From NCBI GenBank assembly GCA_964016885.1, contig OZ024741.1, forward strand, positions 327,360,001-327,424,000: a stretch of 64,000 nucleotides of DNA, given 5' to 3'. Position numbers and translations under genes: made by a program. Each line of letters begins with the position of its first letter. The first letter of the stretch is position 1. This DNA is from Eledone cirrhosa (taxonomy: Eukaryota). This document shows, piece by piece, positions 1-13,244 of the stretch. The notes under the pieces were generated by a model. It was not told the DNA's origin and made no database searches. It worked only from the letters and a program-made list of their open reading frames with translations.

Positions 1-4
1 TTAC

Positions 5-232
5 TGGTTAGAAAGTTGGTTTCGCAATCGTTTGGTTGCGAGTTCAATCCTCGAACTAGGTGATGCGTTGTTTCCTAGAGCCAACCACTTTATTTCATGT
101 TTTTCCTTCTACCAGGAGTTGCAACTGGTAGATATTATCAGCAATGGAAAGACTAATGTAACCATTTTTTCCTTGTCCCGATTGACGAGGCCCACCCCGA
201 CTCGACCAGAGTGAATGATACAGTGAGAAATT
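5..232 (+). mobile_element. tRNA-derived SINE copy
   Basis: A-box-like TGGTTAGAAAG and B-box-like GAGTTCAATCC at the 5' end, then a body resembling the copy at 30265-30590. Confidence 0.6.
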
Positions 233-337
233 AGTGGCAAACAGCTATGTCCCTATATATCTATCAAATTTCGCAGTATCTATCTGTTATCTCTTTCTCG
301 CTCTTTCTTTCTTTTTCACACACACATACACACACAC

Positions 338-423
<86 letters not shown>

Positions 424-429
<6 letters not shown>

Positions 430-1044
430 AATATAGTGAATTTTGCAATACACTCTATGCTTAATTAAAAGCTTTTTGAAGACCTTACGCTATTGATTTA
501 GAGTAGTGACAGTCTCACTTACTTTAAATTTTCAGCCAACAGTGGGAGATAAAGCTGACAGAGCTCTGGTTCGTACTATTTGGTACTTATCAAAGCTAAG
601 TACTCCACCTGTTTGATGAAAATCATGAATGTTTGATTCTTATAGATTTGTAGTAATAATCAGGAACTGATTATACACTATATATACATTCATATGTATA
701 TCGTTATTTCAGACCACCAATTCTAATTTTCAATTTCTGCTTGACCGGCAACCGCTCTGTATAATCAGTTCCTGATTATTACTAGAATTCTATAAGAATC
801 AAACATTCATGATTTTCATCAAACAGGTGGAGTACTTAGCTTTGATAAGTACCAAATAGTACGAAACAGACCTCTGTCAGCTTTATCTCCCCCTGTTTGG
901 TGAAAATTTAAAGTAAGTGAGACTGTCACTACTCTAAAACAATAGCGTAAGTTCCTCAAAATGCTTTTAATTAAGCATACAGTGTATTGCAAAATACACT
1001 ATATTTACATTCATATGTATATCGCTATTTCAGAGTACCAATTC

Positions 1045-1051
<7 letters not shown>
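424..1051. mobile_element. HHR family A fold-back element in (TA)n: minus arm 424-677, plus arm 675-1051 with ~320-nt terminal redundancy
   Basis: 424-677 is the reverse complement of ~758-1010; 675-730 recurs directly at 995-1051; (TA)n on both sides; an HHR motif in each arm. Confidence 0.85.
838..882 (+). ncRNA. Type I hammerhead ribozyme, U3-A8 core variant (family A)
   Basis: AGCT-TTGATAA-GTAC caaata GTAC-GAAA-CAGA cc TCTG-TC-AGCT: stems I, II and III all pair; GUC cleavage triplet at 876-878. Confidence 0.8.
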
Positions 1052-1078
<27 letters not shown>

Positions 1079-1775
1079 CTAGCTAAACCACCCATCCTTT
1101 TTTGGTATGTAGTTCTTTAAACTAAACAAAGTAAATTTGAATACATAGAAGAAAAACGTACTTTATGTAAACATGAAAACCTTAGGCACTATTCCAGCGA
1201 AATAATTACTATGTGAGCTCGGTGTCGTTTTTGACAACAGTAAAAACGCATCATGAAATAGAGGGGTGAAGTGAATAATAGACACTATTATGTACAAAGC
1301 ATAATATTGTAACAGTTATAACATCACTTAATGTATGAACATCAAGCTTAAAACGACAAATTATACAATGTCAAATCTTTAACTTAACTTAGTAATCTGT
1401 TAGAAATTGCTGGTTGAGATATATACAAAATAATATTGTTAGTCTCAAGGAATCGTCCATTTTGTTAAAGTACAAAGAGTAAATTAAAATCCGAATCAGC
1501 CGAATTACGAAAGATAACTCTTGTCTTACTTAAAGATAACTCTTGTCTTATTTAATCACGAAAATTCACACAAATAACCGAAACTTTTTTAATGTCTCAA
1601 AAGGCCCCAATATCGATTTTTGAAAGCCTTTGTAGATCATGTACAGGTTTTGTGCAAAGAGAAGATCTGTAAAAAGTTTCAAAGAAATCGCATGAATGGT
1701 TTCGAATATATGAGCCCTTATTAAAAATTGTCCACACACACACATAGAGAAAACCTCGTCTTTATGTATATATAC

Positions 1776-1778
<3 letters not shown>
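1079..1778 (-). mobile_element. Non-autonomous Helitron-like element
   Basis: Minus strand begins TC (A|TCTGTATATATACATAAAG) and ends CTAG|T; inserted between A and T with no TSD; short (GT)n near the 5' end. Confidence 0.6.
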
Positions 1779-1811
<33 letters not shown>

Positions 1812-2160
1812 AGAGAGAGAGAGAGGGGGAGAGAAGTAGAGAGAGAGAGAGATCATTTGGCTAACTAACATTAAATATATACGTTCCATTAATCAATTGA
1901 ACATAGTTTTGCTCATTTCATTGAAAAATAACATTTCACAATGTTTCGCACAACGTTATTGCGTTCGATCGAAGCCGAAGCTGAAATATGTGACGTTAAT
2001 TTCATTTTCGTCGATCAGGCTTGCCACAGCGAAATTAACTTAGACACATGCAGAGAATATTTTGACCCGCTCACTCATTGTAATAGACCAAAACTATATC
2101 TCATGTTATTTCACACTGTGCCTTTTGATTGTATGTATACACATATATATATATATATAC

Positions 2161-2278
<118 letters not shown>

Positions 2279-2290
2279 GTATATATATAT

Positions 2291-2337
<47 letters not shown>

Positions 2338-2342
2338 CATGT

Positions 2343-2407
<65 letters not shown>

Positions 2408-2419
2408 CATATATAAATA

Positions 2420-3993
2420 GTTACATATAATATTATTTATAGTTATGTATACACTATATACAACTATAAACATGAAAGTTCAGTAATATATTACTAACTT
2501 ATTATCAGTAAGAAAGTTAGATCAATGTAAAGACGAGATGTTTTACAGAGCCGGAATATAAGTTACACAATATTCAAAGCTATGTTCAAATCATGTTATT
2601 GCTGACAATCGTTTCTTCCAAACTATCGTTTGTTTTCATCGGAGCATTAGCAATGTTCGTACATATAATTAACCTCCTATTCAACTGAACAATCATATAG
2701 ATACATGGATAGTAATGTTGTCAACAGCAGTTTCGTATTTACAGAGTGGAATGGATGCGACATAGATTTCAAGAGAATTGTACAATAATTAAAAAATTAA
2801 AAGTAAAAAGGCACAGAGTTCAATGGATGCGACAGAGATTAGTATAACAATTAGAGACAATAAGGTAGAAAGTTACTCGTGAAATGAGGACACTAGCAGT
2901 ACATATGTAAGCGTATAGAGAGTGCAAATGCAATAGGCATATACAGCAAGGAAACAAGCAATGGTACTAGGCATATATAATTTCTGCGAGGCAAATGTAT
3001 CACATAAAACCAAATAGGTTTACAAGTAGGCAAAGCTGTTTTTGTATTAAAATTATTAGTTTATGGTGGATGTAGTGTGATAATTGTTTCTGTAAAGTTC
3101 AAATGTGTATGTGCTGAGAGTATCAATGTTATTGCTTTCTTTTCCATTACATTGGCTATGTTGTATTTTAGTGAATGTGTTTAATCAGTCACAGCCATGG
3201 ATTGTATACCGGTCCTAATATATTGTTATCCGGGGTTCGATTTGTTGTAGAGTGGTTCCTCTAACGGTTTAATTTCCGGGAGTGAGTTTGATCTATATTA
3301 AGGGGAGGTAATACGAAAGGGGAGGTAACTAACGATTACATTGTAAATGAATTTAGAAAAATGTAAAGTTGTTTACAGCTCCAATTAATTAAAATTATTT
3401 GTGTTGCTATACAGTATGTTGTTTTATAAGCGAATCCCTTTTATATAATGCTATTTGTTTGTGTTTAATTTTAAATATAATCTATTTTACATTAAAGGTC
3501 TCATTATATTGTAATCTATCCATTACAGAATAAAGTATATGTAATGTATAGGAAGAGGGTAAGAATGTATAGTTGTTTACAGGTGTAATTAGTTAAATCT
3601 CTTGTGCTATTAATATACATTACATTATTTTATAATTGAATCTCATATATATAATGCTATTAATTTATATATTTATTTATAAATACAATTTATTTTCCTA
3701 TACTACATTAAGTGTCTCATCATATTATTATTTATCCATTCCTGAATATAATATAAGCAAGATATAGTGGTTATATTAAATGGTGTTAGCTTTATGGTTA
3801 TTCCACATTGTAAATACGAAACTGTTGTTGACAACAATAATATCCATGTATCTATATGCTTGTTCAGTTGAATAGGAGGTTAATTATATGTACAGACATT
3901 GCTAATGCTCCGATGAATCCAAACGATAGTTTGGAAGAAACGATTGTCATCAATAACATGACTTGAACATAGCTTTGATTATTGTGTAACTTA
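2420..3993. mobile_element. Penelope-like 3' remnant (minus) with inverted HHR-bearing terminal repeat (family B)
   Basis: 2560-2742 is the reverse complement of 3808-3993; the minus strand near 2980-3000 reads ICLAEI, like the PLE endonuclease C-terminal CxLCLxE motif; internal ~204-bp diverged direct repeat at 3365-3760; TA flanks. Confidence 0.7.
3900..3958 (+). ncRNA. Hammerhead ribozyme motif with CCGAUGA (U4C) core, family B; second copy on minus at 2594-2652
   Basis: TGCT-CCGATGA-ATCCAAAC gata GTTTGGAA-GAAAC GATT GTC; the minus copy supplies the matching AGCA stem I. Confidence 0.7.
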
Positions 3994-4045
3994 TATATAT
4001 ATATATATACACGCACACACACACACATATATATTCATGTATATA

Positions 4046-4790
<745 letters not shown>

Positions 4791-5342
4791 ACATATATAT
4801 ACAGATGCATACCTATGCCAGCAAATATATAGGTTTTGTCTTATTAACTTTAAGGTTCAATGCATTTGGATGCAGAACAATAATATGAAAGACGTAAAAT
4901 AATAAAATTATAAGTAGATATACTAATTCTTTATAATTATCTCCAAATTATTTTGTCGAGCCAAAATTGGCCAAAACTGCTACTATAGTTCATAGTAACG
5001 GTTCGGCTGCTGTCTTCGTAACAAAACACCCCCTCACTGATTAACCTCGATGTCACGTGATTGATTCTTTTGAATTTGCCACCGACGCCGTAGGCAGTGA
5101 TTTTTTCAATGGCTTGGAACTTAGTCCACACTTTGCTTTTTTCCATCCACTGAATTATTTTTGTATAAGTTCCCTGTGTCCACGCATTGCCTGGAAACTT
5201 AGCTGAGAATAGACTTCCCTGATGACGAAAGGCTTCTCCGTACGTTTCTTCGGAAACTATGTTTATTCCCTTTCAGAAACTAATTAGTTGGAGTGAAATT
5301 CTAGTAAGTAAGTTAATTTTTATAATTTTCTTATTTTACGTC

Positions 5343-5390
<48 letters not shown>

Positions 5391-5395
<5 letters not shown>

Positions 5396-5772
5396 TATAA
5401 GTATATATACGTACATACATATATGTATACACACGTACAGTAGTATGTATATATACATACATGCACACACATATACATATATGTACGTATGGGTTTACCG
5501 AACATTTATTATAATGTACGGTTTGTTTGTAAACAAACAGCCCGAATTATAGCCGTACAGTGTTCAGCAACCATCGTTGCCATTTTGTTCAACACTGTAA
5601 AAGGAACGATGAACTAGTTTCTAGCTTATTAGCTCTCATCAGCACCATATACCTTCCTGTCAGTTGATTGAACGTTTGAAAGTATATACTTTCCTTATGC
5701 ATATTAACGGCTGAGCAGCCTAATTTGCATATCGAATGAGTTAGTCGGCCGGGTGAACCGAAAACGATAAAT

Positions 5773-5775
<3 letters not shown>
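5391..5775 (-). mobile_element. HHR family C, single-arm copy in (TA)n
   Basis: Homologous to 21484-21892; minus-strand HHR at 5607-5646 GGTG-CTGATGA-GAGCT aata AGCTA-GAAACTAGTT-CATC (GUU triplet in this copy). Confidence 0.8.
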
Positions 5776-5839
<64 letters not shown>

Positions 5840-6216
5840 ATAGTTTATCGGAAATGACTTAGAAATAACAGGGAGAAACTTCGTTAGGCGTAAACCGTAC
5901 AAGAATTTGCAAAGAATATCTAGAATCTTAAAATATAGTCTATTCAATTGTATAGCAATCAGACAGCAGATGCACGTATAGGTTCACCACAAATGACAAG
6001 AAAATGCCGTTAGCGAAATGTGTTTTTCTTAAATATAATTATTTCACTGTTTTAGTTACTTGAAAGAACCGAAGCTGCTCTATCAGCAACTTATACAGAG
6101 TCTGCCAATCAAATATACACACATTGCAGGAAAAGGTATATATCTATATATCTATATAGGGTGAAAGCAGCGATTCTTTGGTTAAACTTTAAACTGTTAT
6201 TTTAATAAATAAATAA

Positions 6217-6286
<70 letters not shown>

Positions 6287-7150
6287 GAAAACAGAGAAAT
6301 TAATGTGAGCAAGAAGCCAACAGTAATTCATACATATAAGTGACTATTACGTCAAGATGGAAAATATTTAACGTAAGATATGGGAAAATAATTCAATCTC
6401 AATTCAAAAAAAGTCAAGACAGAAATTTTATCCACAGATTTTGTGTAATCCAGGGAAAAAACCTATAGAGTCTTAACTCAGAATAAAATTAAGAGTAAAT
6501 ACCTATCCTTCAATTTGGAAAAATCTACACATGCTCTATATAGTCTTAAAAAGACTATTTCACGAAACTTTTCAGTCGGGTTAGTCACGGTTGGAGTCGT
6601 TCATCAGTAGAGCTCAACACGATAACTAAGTAGCACAGCTAAAATATGCCAAAAGGGAATTTAAAAGCAGGCTGGTTTCACGTCGTGTGGAATTAAGATA
6701 ATAAACACACATGGAGAACAGGGCTAGTGAGGTCAGAATGAGACGAATGACTGTTTACAAGAAACAGCAGTCAAAACATTCCGAAAAAAAATCAACAAAA
6801 ATTATGTGGTTCAGCATAAATCAAAATACAGAGAGAGAGAGAGAGATAGAGGGAGAGAGAGAGATAGCGAGATAGATAGATAGATATGTTTCTTTTATTT
6901 GCCACCAGGGCATCAAAAGTGGGACAAGTACAATGGGGGGAGTTTACAAAACAAGGCGTCCTCAATAAGGAGGAGGCAATAACAATATATAAAAATAAAA
7001 TAAAATATAACAAAAAATATAATTTATAACAAAGTCCTCAATAGAGTGGAGGCGCCTTGGGGGGTCGCACACACCCCCGAAAAAAGTGTGCAACCCTTCT
7101 CCTCGGGAGCACAGAGAAGGGGTGCTCCCTTGGTGTTTCATCTTCCTCAC

Positions 7151-10100
7151 CTATAGTCTGATGTAGAGTGAAGGCCCATTCACACGGGCCATTCTCGCCA
7201 CTTTCACCCATCTTTCATAAAAACGGCTGGGGTGCAGCACCTCTCTCTCCATCCTGATCCTTCTTCCGAAATGATATCGGAAGAAACGGACCAGTTGTTG
7301 GCCAGAGAGAAAGGTGTCTGACCTCAGTCCTTTCAGACGCGTCCACCATACAACCTCTTTCGCCATGGATATTACGCACAGAAACACCGCCTCTCCTTCG
7401 TTTTTGAAGAGGGGAGGCGGCTTGATCGTTACAATAGACTCGGTGGTCAACCGGATCGGTCCCACCCTTGACAGCAGTTGTTCGACATAGCCCCACAGAT
7501 CGGCAATGCCCGAGCAGTGTACCAATACGTGTGCAACCGTTTCCTCGTCGCACACGCATCTGGGACAGATCTTTTTCGATGGGTCCCTACCCGGGCGCCC
7601 GTGTCTGTAGAGCCTTTCTCGAACGGGCAGAGCCCTTCTGTAGCATTGCCAGGCCAGGGACCTCTGTAAGTTATCCATGAGTCCCGGGCTGAATGTCCTA
7701 CCGAACAGGTTGGCCAGTTCGTCTTCCTCCATGCCTAGGGCTTCTCCGAGGGTGTCGTCGCACCTGCTAACCACCAGCCCTCTATAGAATGACGAGGTGG
7801 ATTCTCCACTGACAGCCGGGTCCGCCTGCCAGAGAGCCGTGAGCGCCTGGGCACACACGGTGTGCCAGGCGCCCAGTTTTCTCGGTCTTTGCTTGACCCA
7901 GGATTGCAGCTCGGTGAGTGAGACGAGTCTGGGAAAGGTTCGCCTCACAAACGGGGCCCACACCGGTTGACCGGAGAGGAATACCTGAAGGTGCCGTAGC
8001 CTTAATGCGTGTTTACGTATCATTAGCCACGGCATCCCCAGCCCTCCTTTCGAAGGGTATTGACGGCAGATGGATCTCCTCACCATAGGAACCCGCTTCT
8101 TCCAAAGGAATTGGACGAGTGCGCGCTCCATTTTGGCGAGCGTTTCCCTTAGGCAAGGCACAACGGTCAGGTGGTAGTAGATGACGGACGCTATATAAGT
8201 GTTCGCCACCTCCGCCCGACCTTTCAGGGACAGTTTGCACTCGGCCCACTTCTGGGTCAGTGCAAACACCCTGTTCGTCACCTCACCCCAGTTCTTCTCC
8301 ACCTGGAGGTCTGGTCCGAACCAGACCTCGAGCAACTTCACCGGGCCCTCCGTCCAGCGCCCGACGACGCCATCGGAGGGCATCGATCTGCCCCTTCACG
8401 TGCCGAGTTGCAGACCGATCGACTTGTCCCGGTTCAACTTAGCCCCTGTAAACCTTTCGTACTCCTCCAGTAAGGTGCCGATCGTCCCGATTTCCGAGGC
8501 CGTGGACACCATTACTATTACGTCATCGGCGTAGGCTGACACAGCTTTCCGCAATCCCGGTTCCAACGGGATGCCCTGCAACAACTCCAGCTTCCGCAGC
8601 AGTGGCTCTAGAGTCACTACATACAGAAGGGAGGAGAGAGGGCACTCCTGTCGGATGGACCGCGCGATTTCGAACGGCTCCGAGAGGTAGCCGTTCACCT
8701 TGACCCTAGAGCAGATGCGGCTGCTGTGCATGGCATTGATCCAGCTCCTGAAAACGGGTCCGAAGCCTGCCGCCGCTAACACCGCGTCCAGGTAACCATG
8801 GTCGACCCTATCGAATGCCTTAGATTGATCCAAGTTGATCTGGGCCCCACCAAAGCCGGGTTCGTTCCCAACCCTCTCTATGATGTATCGTATGAGGTGG
8901 AGGTTATCGTGGATGGACCTGGACGGGATAGCACATGTCTGCGCATCTCCCACCAGGTTGCCCACGACAACCGCCAACCTCTTTGCTAGCACCTTGGCCA
9001 AAATCTGTAACTCTGTATTTAGCAGAGTTATGGGCCTGAAATTATTTATATCGTATCCCTTGTTCTCGTCCTTCCTCACTAGCGTGACTACGCCCTTGGT
9101 CACAGCACAGGGAATTCTCCCGTTCTGTTGCCAGTTGCAGTAGACCGCCTCGACGAGTTTGGGGAACAAGTCCGGCATAGCTAGATATAGTTCGTATGGA
9201 AGACATTCGAGACCCGGGGATTTGCGTTTGCCGCATTGGCTCAGCACGTCCTCTATCTCAGCGGCTGAAATCGGCTCCTCGCAGGTTTTCGCCTCCCAGG
9301 CCGTCGAAGTATGGACCGAATTCCACGTCCCCAACCGGCCCACCGCCCCTTTCGAACAATCCGGCAAAGTGCTTTTGAAAAGCCTCGCACATCTGCTTAG
9401 GTTCAAGGATGACCCATCCATCCTGGTCTCGCAAAGACCGGATAGTGGATCTGCTCCCTCTTTTGGCTTCTGTCACGCGGGCCCAGCTAACAGCTTTGGT
9501 CCCCTCGTTTCCCAGAGCACGTATTTTGCTTCGGACGATGCAGCCTTCGTGTTTCGCGTCGAAGAACTGGCCCAGGGCCGTTCTCGACGCTAGCCCTCTG
9601 GCCACGTCGCCGCTTCTAATTGCCTCTTCTGCACTATCTACCAACTCCCCTTCCTTCCTATTTCTATTGGAAGCTAACTCCTTACTAAATTCTATAGAGA
9701 CTACTCTAATCTCTCTTTTGAGAGATCCCCACCACCTGCTGTTGACGATGGCGCCCGTCAACCGCTCCTTAACTAAAGTGCTAATCCGGTTCCTGTAAGC
9801 CTTACTTGCCGGTAAGGACAAGTTGAGCTTCCAGTAACCGGGTCCCTGTCTATGAGTTCTGTCAAGGTTGACCATGCAGGTCACTAATTTGTGGTCTGAA
9901 TAGCCAACCATGCGCATTTTTGGACAACTTAAAAAGTCCTTATCTTTAATTCTAACTAAGAACCTATCTAGGTAAGACCTAGATGATCCGCAACGATTTG
10001 CCCAAGTCCAGGTTGGCGCAGTCGGAAAATCTAGTCGATATCTATCGGCCAGGTCAAATCGACCGATTAACCCTTTGAGGCTATTACACCCCTCTCTATC

Positions 10101-10571
10101 GGGACAGGCCCCTACGTAGTCCCAGCGTGCATCTAGGATACCATTCCAGTCCCCCACTAATAGCAAGGAGTGGGACGTCCCTACAAAAGTCTCCAGACGA
10201 TGGAAGAAGTCCGGCCGCATTGATCCGAAAGGGCCGTAGGCGGCTACCAACCTAAACGCTCCGCCTTTACCACTGCCAAGGTCCAGAACCACTAGTCGAC
10301 CCTCCGGGTCCAAATGTACCATCTGTGTTGCGAGACCCAGATGTTTTTGCAGCAGAACGACAACTCCACCCCCACCTCCGGGCTGACAGAGAGATGCGTG
10401 CATCTCAAAGTCATCAAAGGTGGGGGCCAGCTGTCGCACGTTGCTGATCCGGGCCTCGCAAATAACCATCACATCTATACGTTGTGACCTGAGGTCATTT
10501 AGAAGCATTGCTTGCTTCCAAGTTGAGCCCAGGCCACGCGCATTTAAACAGCCTACTCTTAGCATAGCCAT
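7151..10571 (-). pseudogene. LINE ORF2: AP endonuclease, reverse transcriptase, C-terminal zinc knuckle (one frameshift near 9290-9300, one in-frame stop at 8396)
   Basis: APE motifs LNARGL, GDWN, SYLDRF, SDH; RT motifs NFRPITLLN, LDQSKAFDRVDH, RQECPLS, YADD; C-terminal CPRC..EETVAHVLVHC. Confidence 0.93.
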
Positions 10572-10595
10572 GTTGGTGGTGAAGAGAAAAGGCAC

Positions 10596-12236
10596 TTACC
10601 TCTCTGCGTCCCGGGTATCGGGCAGCACAATTTCCATTAGGGTGTGGGATGGGTTGATGGGTGGGGTGGTGGTTTGTGGAAGTGTAGGGGCATCAGTGTG
10701 TTGTGTGGTTGGGGAGCTTGGAGTTGTGTGGGGATTTGGCGAGGGGGTGGGGTAGTTTTTTAGGAGGACGCGGTTAATGGGCCCGACGCAGGGGGGACCC
10801 ACGTCCTCTTTAAAGTTGTTTTTTTAAGTTTTATAGGTGTCCTGTGGGGCCTTAATCATTTTGAGGGGGGGGGGAAATCCCCTGCCTGGGTGAAGTTAGG
10901 CCCTTGTGTTTTTATTAGATTGTTGTTGTACACAATGTTTAACAGTTTTTTGTTTCTTGTGTTTATGTATGTGTATGCATGTTTTTGTTTTTGTGTGGTG
11001 TTTTTTGTTTGCTGTTGTTGTGAGCTCTTTTGTGTTGGTGTCAGTGTTATGTTTTGGGGAGGGGTTGTTTTCATTTGTGTGTCTGAGGTGTGTTTTCTTT
11101 TTTTTCTTTTGATTGTGTGGAAGTGCTCCTCCTCGTCTGACGACGAACTAGGGTCATCTTCGGCGTTGGAGGGGAGGGGTATATTTTCGGGTTGTGTTTG
11201 CGGTGCGGGTGTTTTGGAAATTGTTTTTGTTTTTTGAGTGGACGGGATGGGTTGGACATTGTTTTGTTTTGGTTTGAGCTGTGGTGGTTGTTTTTGTAGT
11301 GGTAGTTGTGGTGATTGTGTTGGATGTGCAGTTGTTGGTGGTGTAGGCAGGATTGGGGTTTTCTTATTAAGTTGGGGACACACAGCCCACAGGTGACATC
11401 TGGTTCCGCAGAGGTAACACGAGGGCCGTCTACCCTCAACGGTAATGTTGATGAAGGTTAGATCATCCAGTATGACGCGTTCAGGGATCTGGGCGATCCT
11501 TTCGGGCCTCATTTGAACTATAAGTTCGAGGCTCGTTCCACTGAACGCGTCACCCAATGCCTTTCCCATGGACACCAGCATGTCATCCTCCAGGTCCAGG
11601 AAACCTGTCAAAACCCACCATATGTCCATAATCGGCAGGATGGTGTGGATTTTTATTTTTTGTGTTCTTCTACCCATGTACGTAGGGTAGAAGGTGCATG
11701 CGGTGGATGTGATTGGTTTGATGGACAGTTTCACTGCTGTGTCCCTGTCCTTCATGAGAATGGATAGACTCCCGTAGAGTCTATTCTTCTGAATGAAGGT
11801 GATGTCCTTCATGACGTCTTTTAAAACCAGCTCTATCTCACTCTGTGATGGTTGAGCTGGTTTTTTACTTTTGTTCGAGATTGTCCTAAACATGACCGTG
11901 TTTTGGAGTCTCTGGCTTTTTAGTTCCGGGGGGGGGGGGGATTGTGAATGAACCATTTTCTCCGTACACTATATATTTTTTCGCATCTGCCAGTAGCTCC
12001 TTCGCTTTGGTTATATCTACTGGCAGATAGTCGAGGGTTTTCCTTGTCGTCTCGGCGAAGGAGAAATTTTGTTTGTTTGTGTTGTTGTTGTCGTTGGTGG
12101 TGTTGTTGTTATCATTGTTGTTGTCACCGTTATTGGTCTTGTTGTTGTTGTTATTGTTATTGGTGTTGTTTTCGTCCGTCGCATTGTTGTTGTTGTTGCT
12201 GTTGCTGGTGCCGTTGGTTCTTTGGGTTGTTGCCAT
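10596..12236 (-). pseudogene. LINE ORF1 (gag-like) split by frameshifts at two poly-C/G runs
   Basis: Segments 12236-~11935, ~11935-~10870 and 10802-10596 abut; CX2CX4HX4C knuckle CYLCGTRCHLWAVC; Asn-rich N-terminus; stop lies just upstream of ORF2. Confidence 0.8.
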
Positions 12237-12332
12237 GGCAACGTCAAGATAGATAGATAGATAGATAGAGAGATAGAGAGAGAGAGAGAAAGAGAGATAG
12301 AGATAGAGATAGATAGAGAGAGAGAGAGAGTG

Positions 12333-12442
<110 letters not shown>

Positions 12443-12524
12443 ATGTAAACATATTAAATATTTATACAATTTCTTTTTCTGAAGTGTGTATACATCTCTT
12501 TGGCGGAATCTCTATTGACACCAG

Positions 12525-12755
12525 AAAAATTGAGAATTAGCAGAATTGCTAGATCACCGAACAAAGTGTCTTACGGTATTTACCTACGGCGCTTTAAAAT
12601 CTGTCTTCTAATCCCACCGTGAGGAACATTGCCTTTCATCTTTCGGGACTCGATAAAATAAATTAACAGTCAAGATTTGGAATCGATGGGATCAATATAT
12701 CTCTCCCCACTCCAACTAAATTCCTGGCCTTGTATCTAAATTAGAAACCATTGTA
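12525..12755 (+). mobile_element. SINE copy (TTGCCTTTCATC...TCGATAAAATA family)
   Basis: Shares the GCCTTTCATC-GGG-TCGATAAAATA and GGCCTTGT..CTAAATTAGA blocks with 26090-26200, 60100-60190 and 61600-61696. Confidence 0.65.
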
Positions 12756-13165
12756 TTGACAGCAGTATTTCGCTTGGGAGATTAGCAGTTACTTTAGTAT
12801 TTTGGACAAGATATTCACGGTACTTAATTACAGCTCATTAGATTCAGAGAGCAAATTTACCTCTATAGATGAATATGGAATCTCCACCTTTTCTTGTTCA
12901 ATAAAATAAACTAGCAGTCAAGTAAGGAAGACGATATAATCCGGAAAAATGCTGAGTCTGCCAGTCCACTGCTCTAGATTTATTTATCGATTTCAAAATG
13001 CCGGTCAACTGATTTAGGTTTATTTATCGATCTTAAAATGCTGAAAGTGTAGAGCTGAGTTTGTTTCGGATTGAAATGTGATAAGAATGCAAAGAACTAA
13101 AATTAATATCACAGAGCATTTCCTCCGCAACGCTAACGTGTCTGCACATTGAATGTCTTTAAGCA

Positions 13166-13241
<76 letters not shown>

Positions 13242-13244
<3 letters not shown>

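Larger units (their letters stand above)
6888..12246 (-). mobile_element. Near full-length Tx1/L1-clade non-LTR retrotransposon
   Basis: ORF1 and ORF2 (APE-RT-CCHC), 3' UTR ending AATAAAAGAAAC, both ends embedded in (TATC)n/(TC)n tracts. Confidence 0.92.

Noticed and set aside
424-1051. Interpreting the inverted-repeat inserts as Tc1/mariner MITEs with TA TSDs
   Set aside because: Arms are unequal, include internal direct redundancy and hammerheads, and one family is the terminus of a PLE.
5207-5270. CTGATGA...GAAACTATGTT hammerhead candidate
   Set aside because: Stem II is plausible but stem I is out of register with the core; at best a decayed copy.
6550-6615. Minus-strand CTGATGA-ACGA...TCGT-GAAATAGTC
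   Set aside because: No stem I pairing and no second copy in the window to support it.
7468-12260. Plus-strand ORFs overlapping the LINE
   Set aside because: Antisense shadows of GC-rich LINE coding sequence with no motifs.
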